DNA of 64,000 nt from an archaeon 13_1_40CM_2_52_13 (GTDB lineage: Archaea > Thermoproteota > Bathyarchaeia > 40CM-2-53-6): positions 17,746-81,745 of the forward strand of contig MNHO01000049.1 of NCBI GenBank assembly GCA_001919285.1, given 5' to 3'. Position numbers and translations under genes: made by a program. Numbering within the stretch: the stretch's first letter is position 1; every line of letters starts with the position of its first letter. Shown here in pieces: positions 10,034 to 20,149 of the stretch. The notes beneath the pieces are model-generated. The model made no database searches. It was given only the letters and a program-made list of their open reading frames with translations, and was not told where the DNA came from.

Positions 10034-11201
10034 GTTCTCTCCTATGAGGCGGGCCTTGATAACGACCTTTCAGGTCCAGGATCTTCTTTTCAAGCGCTTC
10101 TTTGAGCCCCTGGCCCTTGTCGCCTCCTCCGTATGCGTCCATTCGGGCTGCTATTGCGAGTTTGCCAGCAACTGCTCTCGCGATCTTTCCTCGAAGCCAT
10201 TTGGGCGACTGATGGATTGGTGCGTATTGGAAGATGATACCGTGCTTCGGCGGTCTAGCTCCCGTCTTCAGTGTTCTGAAGAGCGCTTTTTCTGCTCCGA
10301 GCACTTGAAGAGTGCTTGATGGCATCTTTGCAATATTCTCGAGGCCTCCCGCCATCGAGATGAGTTTTGCGGAGAGAACTGCGCCGAGCACAGAAGTCAT
10401 GTTCGGTGCTACCTCTCCCATGATCTTGTCAGTGTATTTCTCGGCAGCTTCTCTCAAGCTGTACAATTCAAGCACCGTTCCGCAGACCTCGCGTAGCCAT
10501 TCTAGATCCGTGCCTGTCATTTTGGCGCCGGAAGATTTCTCGGCCGACGCGGAGATCTGAGTCGCCTTATCTTGTGGTATGCCCAGTTTTGTTAAGGCGT
10601 CGTATGAGAATGATTCTCTTGCGCCGAGACTCTGAACCAGTCGAATGTACGAGTCGTGTTTTTCCACTAAGCGATCCAGTTCGGGGAAGTGGAGGCCATA
10701 CCACTCTCTGACTCGGCCGGCCAGGAGGTTGAGAATCTTGTCCAGGTCTTCGATACTACGGACTGTCTGAATTGCGTAGAGATCTCGCTTCGTTGTAGCC
10801 TCTGTTATTGCGGTTTTGGCAAGCTCAAGGGAAACGTCTCGGACGAATTGTTCGTACTCATCTTTCGATTCGATGATCCTAAGACGGACCAGAATCGAGG
10901 GCAGCCTGTTCCTGAGCTTCGAAATAGTAGGGTCGCCCTCGTCCTGTACAACCTCTGATTTGACGATTGAACGGGCGAGTCTAGCGAGAGGCTCGCTGTC
11001 CACCGTAACGAGATCGAGTTCGAGCTCGGAGAGTCGTTGGCCGAAAGCTGAAGACGCCGGAGGCAGCTCGCCGTTCTGGACCTGCCTCATTTGGGCAGCC
11101 GCATCACTCGGATTATGAGCAAAGAGTGCTTTCTCCGAAATCTTGCCCGTTTTTTCGAGTAGAAACAGTCCGGCAGGGGAGTCGATCAGATACGCTTTCA
11201 A
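9891..11201 (-). CDS. nop5: Nop5 (Nop56/58) C/D box snoRNP protein.
   Basis: 436 aa with NOP5 N-terminal, coiled-coil and Nop domains (...KALFRTLKTGARPPKHGIIFQYAPIHQSP...). The Arg-rich C-terminal tail overlaps fibrillarin by 143 nt in another frame, and the gene ends on TAG. Confidence 0.85.
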   Translation of the reverse strand: MKAYLIDSPAGLFLLEKTGKISEKALFAHNPSDAAAQMRQVQNGELPPASSAFGQRLSELELDLVTVDSEPLARLARSIVKSEVVQDEGDPTISKLRNRLPSILVRLRIIESKDEYEQFVRDVSLELAKTAITEATTKRDLYAIQTVRSIEDLDKILNLLAGRVREWYGLHFPELDRLVEKHDSYIRLVQSLGARESFSYDALTKLGIPQDKATQISASAEKSSGAKMTGTDLEWLREVCGTVLELYSLREAAEKYTDKIMGEVAPNMTSVLGAVLSAKLISMAGGLENIAKMPSSTLQVLGAEKALFRTLKTGARPPKHGIIFQYAPIHQSPKWLRGKIARAVAGKLAIAARMDAYGGGDKGQGLKEALEKKILDLKGRYQGPPHRREHEKTWGPPAQDARRDILAGPRGRGEIGHAQPGPRDHRLRGRHRKDRR

Positions 11202-11296
11202 GCCTCTACTCCTGATCGGAAGCGGAGAATGTGGCGATAGCTTGACGTTCGCGCGAAGATAATTAGCACGGCAATAGTGTTCATTCTTAGACCCAC

Positions 11297-12226
11297 TTGG
11301 AACCGGACTTATCGGTAGAGTTTGCGGGTATTAAACTCCCCAATCCCACAATTCTAGCCTCCGGAATTCTGGGAGTCTCAGGAGAGATGTTGATCCGCGT
11401 GTCTAGGGCCGGTGCTGCCGCCGTCGTCACCAAGTCGTTCAATAGGAAAGGCAGGGAAGGCTACAGAAACCCGTCCTTCATTGAAGTCCACGGCGGTTTT
11501 CTCAATGCCTTGGGCATTCCAAACCCGGGAATGGAAGAGATGCGGGAAGAAGTTGAGACCGCTTCAAGGAAAGGAGTCCCGGTCATAGCGAGTGTTTTCG
11601 GTTTTGACGCGGAGGAATTTGCTGAGTCTGCAATGATGGGGGAGAGGGGCGGCGCTATCGCGGTGGAGCTGAATGTTTCATGCCCGCATGTCAAGGAGGT
11701 CGGTGTTGAGATCGGTCAGCGGCCGAAGGTCGTCGCCGAGGTTACTCAAACAGTGAAGAGTCGAGTCCATATCCCAGTGTTCGTAAAGCTAAGCCCGAAT
11801 GTTACCGACATCTCCGAAGTAGCCAAGGCGGCTGAGAGCGCAGGTGCCGACGCTATAACAGCGATCAATACGGTCTTGGGGACCGCGGTTGACGTAGATT
11901 CCGGTTTTCCGATTCTCGGAGGAGTCCTCGGTGGACTCTCCGGTCCAACCATACACCCAATAGCGCTCAGAGCGGTATATCAGATACGGCAGGCAGTTGG
12001 CATCCCCGTTATCGGAGTCGGGGGAATTGAGGATTGGAAGGGCGTTGTCCAAATGATGATGGCGGGTGCATCGGCGGTCCAGATTGGAAGCGCCATCACT
12101 AGCAAAGGTCTGGAGGTGTTTCGAGAAGTGACCACAGGACTCGCGAGGTTTCTCGAACAGAAACGATATCGATCAGTTCACGAGATTATCTCGATGGCCG
12201 CGGCTCACAAAGTCGAGGGCTCATGA
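11297..12226 (+). CDS. pyrD: Dihydroorotate dehydrogenase, class 1 catalytic subunit.
   Basis: 309 aa. LNVSCPHV, GIPNPG and a FMN-binding TIM barrel with GGIEDWKGVVQMMMAGASAVQIGSA near the C-terminus. Confidence 0.85.
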   Translation: MEPDLSVEFAGIKLPNPTILASGILGVSGEMLIRVSRAGAAAVVTKSFNRKGREGYRNPSFIEVHGGFLNALGIPNPGMEEMREEVETASRKGVPVIASVFGFDAEEFAESAMMGERGGAIAVELNVSCPHVKEVGVEIGQRPKVVAEVTQTVKSRVHIPVFVKLSPNVTDISEVAKAAESAGADAITAINTVLGTAVDVDSGFPILGGVLGGLSGPTIHPIALRAVYQIRQAVGIPVIGVGGIEDWKGVVQMMMAGASAVQIGSAITSKGLEVFREVTTGLARFLEQKRYRSVHEIISMAAAHKVEGS

Positions 12227-12239
12227 GGCATGAAAGTGC

Positions 12240-12725
12240 CTAGTCCTCGAGATACCGGGCTAGAAGCGATGCTGCACGCTCGAGAATCTCTCTATCTTCT
12301 TGGTTGAATGCAGAGAGTCGACTGCTGTCAATATCAATCTCCCCGAGTACTCCTTTTCTTCCCTTTATCGGGACGACGATCTCTGATCGGGTTGAGGCGA
12401 AGCACATGAGATACCGTGGGTCCTTGCTGACCTACGGGACTATGATTGTCGCTCCTTCTTTAGCTGCAGACCCGCAGATTCCCTGTCCCATCGGTATCAT
12501 AACGTGCTCAGTTTCTTCATCGCCTGCGTACGCCGCCAACACCAGATCGTTCTCTCGAACGAGATAGATACCCACCCAATCGAAATGATCCGAACTCTCT
12601 CGCAGTATGCGAACGGACATCGTCAAGGCTTTGGCTACGGGCTCGGCTGAGAGTGCTCTGTTCAATGTAGCGAGAAGGCTAGAATAGTCCGCGCTTTGGG
12701 TAGCCTGTGTCGCAGACTTAGGCAT
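12240..12725 (-). pseudogene. GAF-domain protein (free methionine-(R)-sulfoxide reductase-like) interrupted by an in-frame TAG at 12432..12434.
   Basis: The N-terminal 97-aa ORF ends ...GATIIVP at the TAG. The same frame then continues for 63 codons, VSKDPRYLMCFASTRSEIVVPIKGRKGVLGEIDIDSSRLSAFNQEDREILERAASLLARYLED, to the stop at 12240. That completes the conserved GAF C-terminus, so the TAG sits where Asp/Glu is expected. Confidence 0.6.
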
Positions 12726-12793
12726 TCTCAGCTATCAACTCATTCTAGGGTTCTTATATGATTCTCGACTAATCTACGTGTGTCGGCTCCCTC

Positions 12794-14515
12794 ATGAACA
12801 AGATTCAGTGGCTCGAGTGGGCAAAGGAGAGTTTTGACCGTGCAAAGTCGCTTGGGAAGCCAATTCTGTTAGACATAACGGGCTCTTGGTGTCACTGGTG
12901 CCACGTTATGGACAACACGTCCTACTCCGACCCTGCAATCATCGACTTAGTGAACAAGAACTTCATTCCAGTTAGAGTCGACACCGACAAGAGACCTGAC
13001 GTCAATCGTCGCTACAATATGGGCGGTTGGCCTACTACTGCCTTCTTGGACAATGAAGGGAGAATTATCACTGGCGGGACCTACATCCCTCCTGAGCAGT
13101 TGAGGGAAGTTCTCCGCTCCGTTCTCGACTTCTATGGAACAAATAAGGGGAAGGTCGCAAGCAAGCTTCAACCAACGCGAATTCCTCAAGCCAAGGACGA
13201 GGCCTTGTCAGACAAGATCACAAAGGACATTGCAACTACTGTCGCAGTCAACTTTGACATAGATTACGGAGGCTTTGGTTTCGAGCCAAAATTTCCCCAC
13301 ACTGAGGCGTTGGAATACGCACTCTTACGCTACCGCTATCATGGGGAAAAAGAAATGCTGACCGTTGTCACGAAGACCCTTGACAAAATGGGTAATGGAG
13401 GAGTCTATGACCGGGTAGAACAGGGATTCTTCAGGTACAGCACGACTCGGGACTGGTCGATTCCCCACTTCGAGAAGATGGCGGAGGACAATGCGAAACT
13501 TCTTGCTGTATACTTGCATGCATTCCAGCTAACTGGTAGACCTCTCTACCGAGATAGGGCCGAGGGGATCGTGAAGTACGTGAATTCGAGTCTGGCGGAC
13601 TTGGAGAAGGGAGGCTTTTTCGGGAGTCAGAATGCGGATGAGGAGTACTACAAACTCGATCTTTCAGGCCGAAAGACTCGGAAGACTCCCGCCGTTGATA
13701 GGACGCTCTACACTAATTACAATTCGCTGCTTATCTCGTCGTTCTTTCTCTCCAGTATCGTTCTGGACAGGCCGGAACTCGGCAAGTTTGCTATCAAGAG
13801 TCTGGACCGCGTTCTCGCTCTTCCAGCTGATGGACGAGTACCGTTTCACTACTGGAGAGAGGAAGAAGGCGTGAAGTTGAATGGGCTCCTGGTGGACTAC
13901 GGGCAAATGCTCCACTCACTTCTGGACGCTTATGAGTACTCGAGCAAACGAGCCTATTTGGAGAAAGCGATCACAATTGCGGACGATTCGATTGAGAAGC
14001 TAGACGACAAGACCTCGGGAGGCTTCTACGATATTCCCATAGAAGATTCCAATCTGGGTGAACTCAGGATCCGAGACAAACCTATCGATGAAAACAGCAT
14101 AATGGCAAACGGACTTCTGAGACTCTCCTGGCTTTTAGAGAGGACCGACTACGCGGCGATCGCGGGCAAAGCATTAGGGCTGTTCAACGCGGACTATGAG
14201 AGATACGGGGTCACCGGAGCGAGCTATGCGCTGGCACTGGATTCATACATTAACGGTCCAATAGGGATCACAATTATCGCACCTCCAAAGTCAAAGGAAT
14301 CCGCAGCGTTCAAAGCCGGAGCTCTGAAACTGTATCCGGGTAGAAGATATGTTAGGTATCTGGATCCGACCAAGGACCTGGATCAGATAGGGCGTCTCGG
14401 ATTCGACGCCCAGAAGGCTCCAGTGGCGTATGTTTGCGCAGGTAAAACCTGTGGCCCTCCGATCAATGATCCATCAAAAATAGACTCCACTCTTTCCTCC
14501 ATGCTTGGACCGTAG
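12794..14515 (+). CDS. Thioredoxin-domain protein of the DUF255 / YyaL family (N-terminal thioredoxin fold plus a six-hairpin glycosidase-like domain).
   Basis: 573 aa. The N-terminus KPILLDITGSWCHWCHVMD..F.DP.I..L.N..FI.VRVD.D.RPDV matches DUF255. The gene ends on TAG. Confidence 0.75.
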   Translation: MNKIQWLEWAKESFDRAKSLGKPILLDITGSWCHWCHVMDNTSYSDPAIIDLVNKNFIPVRVDTDKRPDVNRRYNMGGWPTTAFLDNEGRIITGGTYIPPEQLREVLRSVLDFYGTNKGKVASKLQPTRIPQAKDEALSDKITKDIATTVAVNFDIDYGGFGFEPKFPHTEALEYALLRYRYHGEKEMLTVVTKTLDKMGNGGVYDRVEQGFFRYSTTRDWSIPHFEKMAEDNAKLLAVYLHAFQLTGRPLYRDRAEGIVKYVNSSLADLEKGGFFGSQNADEEYYKLDLSGRKTRKTPAVDRTLYTNYNSLLISSFFLSSIVLDRPELGKFAIKSLDRVLALPADGRVPFHYWREEEGVKLNGLLVDYGQMLHSLLDAYEYSSKRAYLEKAITIADDSIEKLDDKTSGGFYDIPIEDSNLGELRIRDKPIDENSIMANGLLRLSWLLERTDYAAIAGKALGLFNADYERYGVTGASYALALDSYINGPIGITIIAPPKSKESAAFKAGALKLYPGRRYVRYLDPTKDLDQIGRLGFDAQKAPVAYVCAGKTCGPPINDPSKIDSTLSSMLGP

Positions 14516-14615
14516 GCGCCCGCGGCGACGATTCATTTCTTAATGCTCGGGAATCGCCAATTGGAGGCATCCCTGGCGAAGACTCCAATTCAAAACGCTG
14601 GTTGAAGGTCCATCC

Positions 14616-16169
14616 TTGCCTGATCCGGATCTCATCCTCCACAACGGCAGAATCTATCCAGACGCAGGATCTCGCACACGATTCGAGGCACTCGCACTCT
14701 GGAGGAGTATGGTTACCGATATCGGATCGAACGATCGAATCCTCGGACTCAGGACGAAGTTGACGCGAACAATCAATCTTCGCGGACGGACGGTATTGCC
14801 CGGCTTGCACGACTCGCACATTCATCTTCTCAATTATGGAATGCTTCTTCGCACTCTGGATCTCTCCCGTTCGCGATCCATTGAGGAAATCAAGAGGCGA
14901 GTCGCGAAGTGGACTACGGCACGCCGTCCGGATTCATGGGTCCTAGGCAGAGGATGGGATGATGAGAGGCTTCGAGAGCATCGCTACCCCACCAGAGACG
15001 ATCTGGATCATGCAACTCAAAACCCCGTCTTCCTCAAACGAATCTGCGGTCACATAGCGGTTGCCAACTCGGCGGCCCTAACCTTGGCCGGAGTTGACGA
15101 TAGCACCTTGGATACGGCTGGAGGACAAATTGTCAGAGATCCACGAGGAAGGCCTAACGGGGTCCTAAAGGAGACCGCAATAGAACTCGTTGAGAAGGTC
15201 GTCCCAGAGTCGATGGACGAGACCAAGAAGGCCTTAGTCTACGCCTCTAGGAGATTGACAAGGCTCGGCTTGACATCCTTACACTGTATCATCAGCAGTT
15301 TAGCTGAGCTGAATGCTCTGCGGGAGCTGAAACAAGAGCAGAAGATTCCTCAATCCATCTACGCGATCATGCCGGCGAAGCTGGCGGACCGCCTTGCTTC
15401 CCTAGGCCGGCCAAGCGAGATGGGAGACGCTTTTCATGTCGGAGGGGTAAAGTTGTACCTTGACGGATCTCTTGGAGCTCGCACGGCGGCTCTAAACGGA
15501 CCTTACGATGATGATCCGACATCAAGCGGCATGCTCGTTATGAGTCATGAAGAGCTGGCCGAGATGGCGTCGAAAGCAAGAGAGTCCGAGTTCCAGCTCT
15601 GCATCCATGCCATCGGAGACAAGGCCGTAGACCTCGCAGTCCAAGTTCTCGGCGACACATTTGGGATAAAAGGGTGCAGAAAGCTCAGACATCGGATTGA
15701 ACACTCATCAATTGTATCTGAAGAGTCGATGACAGAAATGCAGAGATTAGGGATAATCGCATCTGTACAGCCGAGATTCATCTATTCGGACAAGTGGGCG
15801 AAGGATCGGCTGGGCCGTGGGAGACTGCCTGAACTCTACCCTTTCGCGTCGATGAACAGGGCGGGAATCATGCTAACTGCGGGGTCTGATTGTCCAGTGG
15901 AAGATCCCAATCCGTTCGAGGGGATCTGGTCGGCGGTTGCAAGACCCGGTCTCGATAATAAGGAGAGACTGACTGTAGGCGAAGCTCTCACAGCTTACAC
16001 AAAGAATCCTGCTTATGCGTCTTTCTCCGAACAATTCAGAGGCACTCTGACACCGGGAAAGGTTGCAGATATCGTCGTATTGGATAGAGACCCCTACGAG
16101 GTTAGTATCAAGTGCTTAAGAGAAATAAGGGTAGTCCGAACGATAATCGGAGGAAAAGTGCTCTCTTAG
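14616..16169 (+). CDS. Amidohydrolase-family metal-dependent hydrolase (amidohydrolase 3 type).
   Basis: 517 aa with N-terminal ILHNGRIYPDAG..EALA...G.I..IG and the LPGLHDSHIHL metal-binding motif. The C-terminal fold is consistent with amidohydrolase 3. Confidence 0.7.
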   Translation: MPDPDLILHNGRIYPDAGSRTRFEALALWRSMVTDIGSNDRILGLRTKLTRTINLRGRTVLPGLHDSHIHLLNYGMLLRTLDLSRSRSIEEIKRRVAKWTTARRPDSWVLGRGWDDERLREHRYPTRDDLDHATQNPVFLKRICGHIAVANSAALTLAGVDDSTLDTAGGQIVRDPRGRPNGVLKETAIELVEKVVPESMDETKKALVYASRRLTRLGLTSLHCIISSLAELNALRELKQEQKIPQSIYAIMPAKLADRLASLGRPSEMGDAFHVGGVKLYLDGSLGARTAALNGPYDDDPTSSGMLVMSHEELAEMASKARESEFQLCIHAIGDKAVDLAVQVLGDTFGIKGCRKLRHRIEHSSIVSEESMTEMQRLGIIASVQPRFIYSDKWAKDRLGRGRLPELYPFASMNRAGIMLTAGSDCPVEDPNPFEGIWSAVARPGLDNKERLTVGEALTAYTKNPAYASFSEQFRGTLTPGKVADIVVLDRDPYEVSIKCLREIRVVRTIIGGKVLS

Positions 16170-17626
16170 AATCTTTCCGGAGATTCAGACGGGAGCAATA
16201 CATCGTGGGGTCTTGCTTCTTCAGCTCCAGAATTGGTAATGCCCGCTAGCTTTGATTTTTCCCAGAGTTCGGTTATTGTTCTTGCACCAGCATATCCCAT
16301 TGATGCTTGTAGCCCCGCGACCATCTCCTGGACCACGACGCTGACCTCACCCTTGTACGGGACCCATCCTTCAACTCCCTCAGGCAAGCCCTTCGATGGC
16401 TGAGCGTATCGATCGGATGAGAATCTCTTGGCCATGGCAGATGGGCTTCCCATTCCCCGATATTGCTTGTAGTATCTACCGCCGATAGTTATCAGAGTGC
16501 CTGGGGCCTCCTTCGACCGGGCGAAAATGTTGCCCATCATAACAGCTGAAGCTCCTAGGGACAGTGCAATCGCCGCGTCACCTGGACCTCTGATTCCTCC
16601 GTCGGCAATTATCGGTAGTTTTGACCCGTACGTGTGAAGAGCGTCCGCAACCTGTGCCGTGGCGAACACAGTAGGGGACCCAGCCTTCGTCGCCTCCATA
16701 GTCGTGCAGATCGAGCCCGATCCGATTCCAACTCTGAAGCCCGCCACTCCATCGAGTTTCGTCAGAATGTCCTCGGCAGCCTGGTATGTTCCAATGCTGC
16801 CAACCACAACGTCCGTGTTGACTTCCTCAAGCAGCTTCTTCATCGAGCTGAACACGTTTGCGTTGTGGAAGTGGGCTACATCTATGACGAGGATGTCAGC
16901 GACCTCGCTGAGCTTCTTCGCCCGCTTGAGATCGAATGGTGAGACCGCAGCTCCGCAGAGGAGCTGGCCATTCTCGTCGCGGGCGGCATTGGGAAACCGG
17001 CCACGCTGGAGAATATCCTTTATCGTCATAAGACCCTTCAATCGGCCTTCCTTGTCGATAAGCGGAAGCTTTTCCACGCGATGTCTGTGAAGAATCTCCT
17101 TCGCGCCTTCAATGTTGGTGTCGGCGGGTGCGGTGATCACTTTCTTCGTCATTACATCGCTAGTGAGAAGATTCGAATCTGCAAAACGAACATCGCGTCC
17201 TGTCAATATGCCGACGAGATGCTCTCCCTGAACGACCGGTAATCCTGAAATGTTATGTTTCTGCATCAGTTCGGTTGCGTACTTCACGGTTGCATCGGGG
17301 CTAATTGTGATGACTTCCTTGATGACCAGGGACTCCGCCCTCTTCACCTTTCTCGCCATCTCCGCTTCCTCTTCCGCGGTACAATTTCGATGAATAACCC
17401 CAAGTCCACCCAGTCGCGCCAATCCTATGGCCATCTCGCTCTCTGTAACGGTGTCCATCGGACTAGAAACTAATGGGATGTTGATCGAATGTTTCTGAGA
17501 AACTTGAGTGGATAATTGGACTTGGCTAGGTTCGACTTCAGTCCATCCGGGGAGGAGAATCAGATCCCTGAACGTGACCGCGACATCAGAGTCTTTGAAC
17601 TTCGCCCTGAATCCTTTTTCAGACAC
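16166..17626 (-). CDS. guaB: Inosine-5'-monophosphate dehydrogenase.
   Basis: 486 aa. The catalytic loop GIGSGSICTTMEATKAG is present, tandem CBS domains sit in the middle, and the C-terminus reads ...GEVSVVVQEMVAGLQASMGYAGA. Confidence 0.85.
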   Translation of the reverse strand: MSEKGFRAKFKDSDVAVTFRDLILLPGWTEVEPSQVQLSTQVSQKHSINIPLVSSPMDTVTESEMAIGLARLGGLGVIHRNCTAEEEAEMARKVKRAESLVIKEVITISPDATVKYATELMQKHNISGLPVVQGEHLVGILTGRDVRFADSNLLTSDVMTKKVITAPADTNIEGAKEILHRHRVEKLPLIDKEGRLKGLMTIKDILQRGRFPNAARDENGQLLCGAAVSPFDLKRAKKLSEVADILVIDVAHFHNANVFSSMKKLLEEVNTDVVVGSIGTYQAAEDILTKLDGVAGFRVGIGSGSICTTMEATKAGSPTVFATAQVADALHTYGSKLPIIADGGIRGPGDAAIALSLGASAVMMGNIFARSKEAPGTLITIGGRYYKQYRGMGSPSAMAKRFSSDRYAQPSKGLPEGVEGWVPYKGEVSVVVQEMVAGLQASMGYAGARTITELWEKSKLAGITNSGAEEARPHDVLLPSESPERF

Positions 17627-17820
17627 CTATTCTCGAATACTCCCGGTGAGTTTCACCGTAGCATGTCCCCTTTCCTTATTATACATGGCGGCGGTTGCCG
17701 CCGGCTCGAAGCTGTTCTAGCCGGAACATAGACGGCTGTTCCGTTATCTGCTGACTAGTTGGAAGCTTAGGAGGGGCTGAGCATTCCGATTGGAATATCT
17801 GTACGCTAGACCATATATAA

Positions 17821-19098
17821 TTGGAATATTGGACTCTCGATCTGGGCAAAGTCTTGAGCCTAGTCAAGGACCCCGCGCTCGCGCCGTCTGGGCGCGTCAA
17901 ACTTGCATGGGCCCAGGAAAACATGCCGGTGTTGGCGAGAATTTCCCGACGATTCGCCGCGACCAAGCTCTTCAAAGGACACCGCGTCGGAATGTGTCTT
18001 CACCTAGAAGCAAAGACCGCGGTTCTTAGTGAGCTCTTCCTGAAGGCAGGGGCGGAAGTTGCCATCACCGGAAGTAATCCTCTTTCGACTCAAGACGATG
18101 TGGCAGCAGCACTATCCGAAACTGGAGTTCATGTGTATGCCTGGCGGGGCGTCACTGATAGCGAACACAAAGCCAACCTAGACCGAGTTCTTGGATTGAA
18201 GCCTGACATCCTGATCGACGATGGCGCTGAGCTCTCGATTGCCGCGCACCTGAAAGGCAAAAGGTTTGTTGAAACGATCATCGGGGCTTGTGAAGAAACA
18301 ACCACGGGAGTCACTCGGTTGAGGGCAATGGAGAAGGACGAACGTCTGAACTTTCCAGTCATTGCCGTGAATGATGCTCTTACCAAGTTTCTCTTCGACA
18401 GCAGATACGGGACGGGACAGTCGGCGCTTGAAGGCGTCATGCGCGCGACAAACCTCCTCTTGGCAGGCAAAAGCGTAGTCGTCGCTGGGTTTGGTTGGGT
18501 GGGAAGAGGCGTTGCACTGAGAGCAAAGGGAATGGGGTCACGGGTAATCGTGACAGAGGTGGACCCCGTTCGAGCACTGGAAGCACTGATGGAAGGCTTT
18601 GACGTAATGCCGATGTTAGAAGCTGCCAAGATAGGGGATCTCTTCATCACCGCGACGGGTAACACCGGCGTCATCACTGCGGCTCATATGGGGCTAATGA
18701 AGGACAAGGCGATTCTCTGTAACGTCGGACACTATGATGTCGAGGTAAGGGTCAAGGACCTTGAGAGGATAGCCGTTGCGCGGAAAAAAGTTAGACCCGA
18801 AGTTACGGAATACAGATTGAGATCTGGGAAGCGACTCTATCTCCTGTCAGACGGTCGACTTGTCAACCTCGCCGCAGCTGACGGGCATCCAGCGGAAGTC
18901 ATGGACATGAGCTTTGCTGGTCAAGCTCTCTCAGCTGAATATCTTCTCCGAGAAGGTTCTAAACTCGAGTCGAAGGTGATTCGAGTTCCACAAGAGCTCG
19001 ACTTACAGATTGCGCACTCGCGGCTTAAGGAATTCGGGAAGAGAATTGACTCTTTGACAAAGGTCCAGCAAAAATATGCCAGGTCATGGCATCCCTGA
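17821..19098 (+). CDS. ahcY: Adenosylhomocysteinase.
   Basis: 425 aa. The NAD-binding VVVAGFGWVGRGVA motif is present, and the HYDVEV and TTGVTRL blocks conform to the SAHH family. Confidence 0.9.
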   Translation: MEYWTLDLGKVLSLVKDPALAPSGRVKLAWAQENMPVLARISRRFAATKLFKGHRVGMCLHLEAKTAVLSELFLKAGAEVAITGSNPLSTQDDVAAALSETGVHVYAWRGVTDSEHKANLDRVLGLKPDILIDDGAELSIAAHLKGKRFVETIIGACEETTTGVTRLRAMEKDERLNFPVIAVNDALTKFLFDSRYGTGQSALEGVMRATNLLLAGKSVVVAGFGWVGRGVALRAKGMGSRVIVTEVDPVRALEALMEGFDVMPMLEAAKIGDLFITATGNTGVITAAHMGLMKDKAILCNVGHYDVEVRVKDLERIAVARKKVRPEVTEYRLRSGKRLYLLSDGRLVNLAAADGHPAEVMDMSFAGQALSAEYLLREGSKLESKVIRVPQELDLQIAHSRLKEFGKRIDSLTKVQQKYARSWHP

Positions 19099-19318
19099 GC
19101 ATTACGCACACCCCCATGCACGGTTCTGCACAGTCAGGTCCCGACTTTACGATGCCAAAGTTTGGACTTGACTGAGTCAATTGCGCTAACCTCTAACAAT
19201 GATCTTTCCTTCTAACCGGTAACACTTCCGGGAAGGACCGGGGAACAGAGCTTGGTCTCAACGTAATATTTTACTCAATTTTCGTCTAAAGCTAATTAGT
19301 TCTGACAACCGACTTGCG

Positions 19319-20146
19319 ATGCCCCGGAGTTATGGGCTTCTGTCTCGCCTGTTCGGCTCAAAATCTTTTCATCGAGTACGAGAGAAGAGAGCAAGAAAAT
19401 TCCGCCCACCAGCTTGGGCAGTGTTGTTAGTCGCGATCTTCGCCCTCTGGGAGTCGGTCTCCCTCTCCGGCGCTGTGTCAAGCACCCAGCTCCCAGCACT
19501 GCACGACGTTTTCCTAGCTCTCATTCAACTCGCAGCAACGCCATTCTTCTTGGTGCACGTCGGCCAGAGTTTTGCCAATGTTACGACGGGAGTCTCGTTG
19601 GCGCTAGTTTTGGTATTCCCCCTAGCTCTACTTGTGGGAATGCGGAGTCAACTTGACCAGGCAATCACACCGATCATTATGCTCGTGGGTGCTCTGCCGG
19701 ATCTTGCGATTCTAACGCTCTTGGTTACCGTAATAGGCCGAGGAAATGTTGCCGCTGTCGCGATTTCCGCCTTCAGTGCTTTTTTCCCCGTGTATTTCAC
19801 GATCAGACAAGGGGTGAAAGAAATCCCAGGCGATTACTTCCACGTTGCTTCGGTATTCAAAGCTGGAAGAGTTCAGACTTTCACGAAAATGATCCTTCCT
19901 TCAATCTTTCCGAACCTTGTCACGGGTCTTCGCTTATCGTTCGAGTTCAGTTGGAACGTGTTGCTCGCGGTCGAGGTTATCGCGAGCGTGGCTGGGATTG
20001 GCACCTTTATCTCTACCAGCCTAGGAAGCTCGGCGCATTCGTTGACTTACGGCCTGGCCGCAATAATGACGGTTGGTCTCATCACTATTGCGATAGACAG
20101 AGCCTTCTTTGAGAGGTTTGAGAATCGCATCAAGAGGTGGCGGTAG
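19319..20146 (+). CDS. ABC transporter permease (NitT/TauT/SsuC-type).
   Basis: 275 aa with six predicted TM segments and an EAA-like loop. It lies immediately upstream of the ATPase. Confidence 0.7.
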   Translation: MPRSYGLLSRLFGSKSFHRVREKRARKFRPPAWAVLLVAIFALWESVSLSGAVSSTQLPALHDVFLALIQLAATPFFLVHVGQSFANVTTGVSLALVLVFPLALLVGMRSQLDQAITPIIMLVGALPDLAILTLLVTVIGRGNVAAVAISAFSAFFPVYFTIRQGVKEIPGDYFHVASVFKAGRVQTFTKMILPSIFPNLVTGLRLSFEFSWNVLLAVEVIASVAGIGTFISTSLGSSAHSLTYGLAAIMTVGLITIAIDRAFFERFENRIKRWR

Positions 20147-20149
20147 GAC

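Noticed and set aside
12432-12434. Pyrrolysine or programmed amber decoding for the in-frame TAG in the GAF gene.
   Set aside because: TAG is used as an ordinary stop by at least two well-supported genes in the window: the DUF255 protein at 14513-15 and nop5 at 9891-93. No pyl genes are present here, and the aligned position expects Asp/Glu, not Lys.
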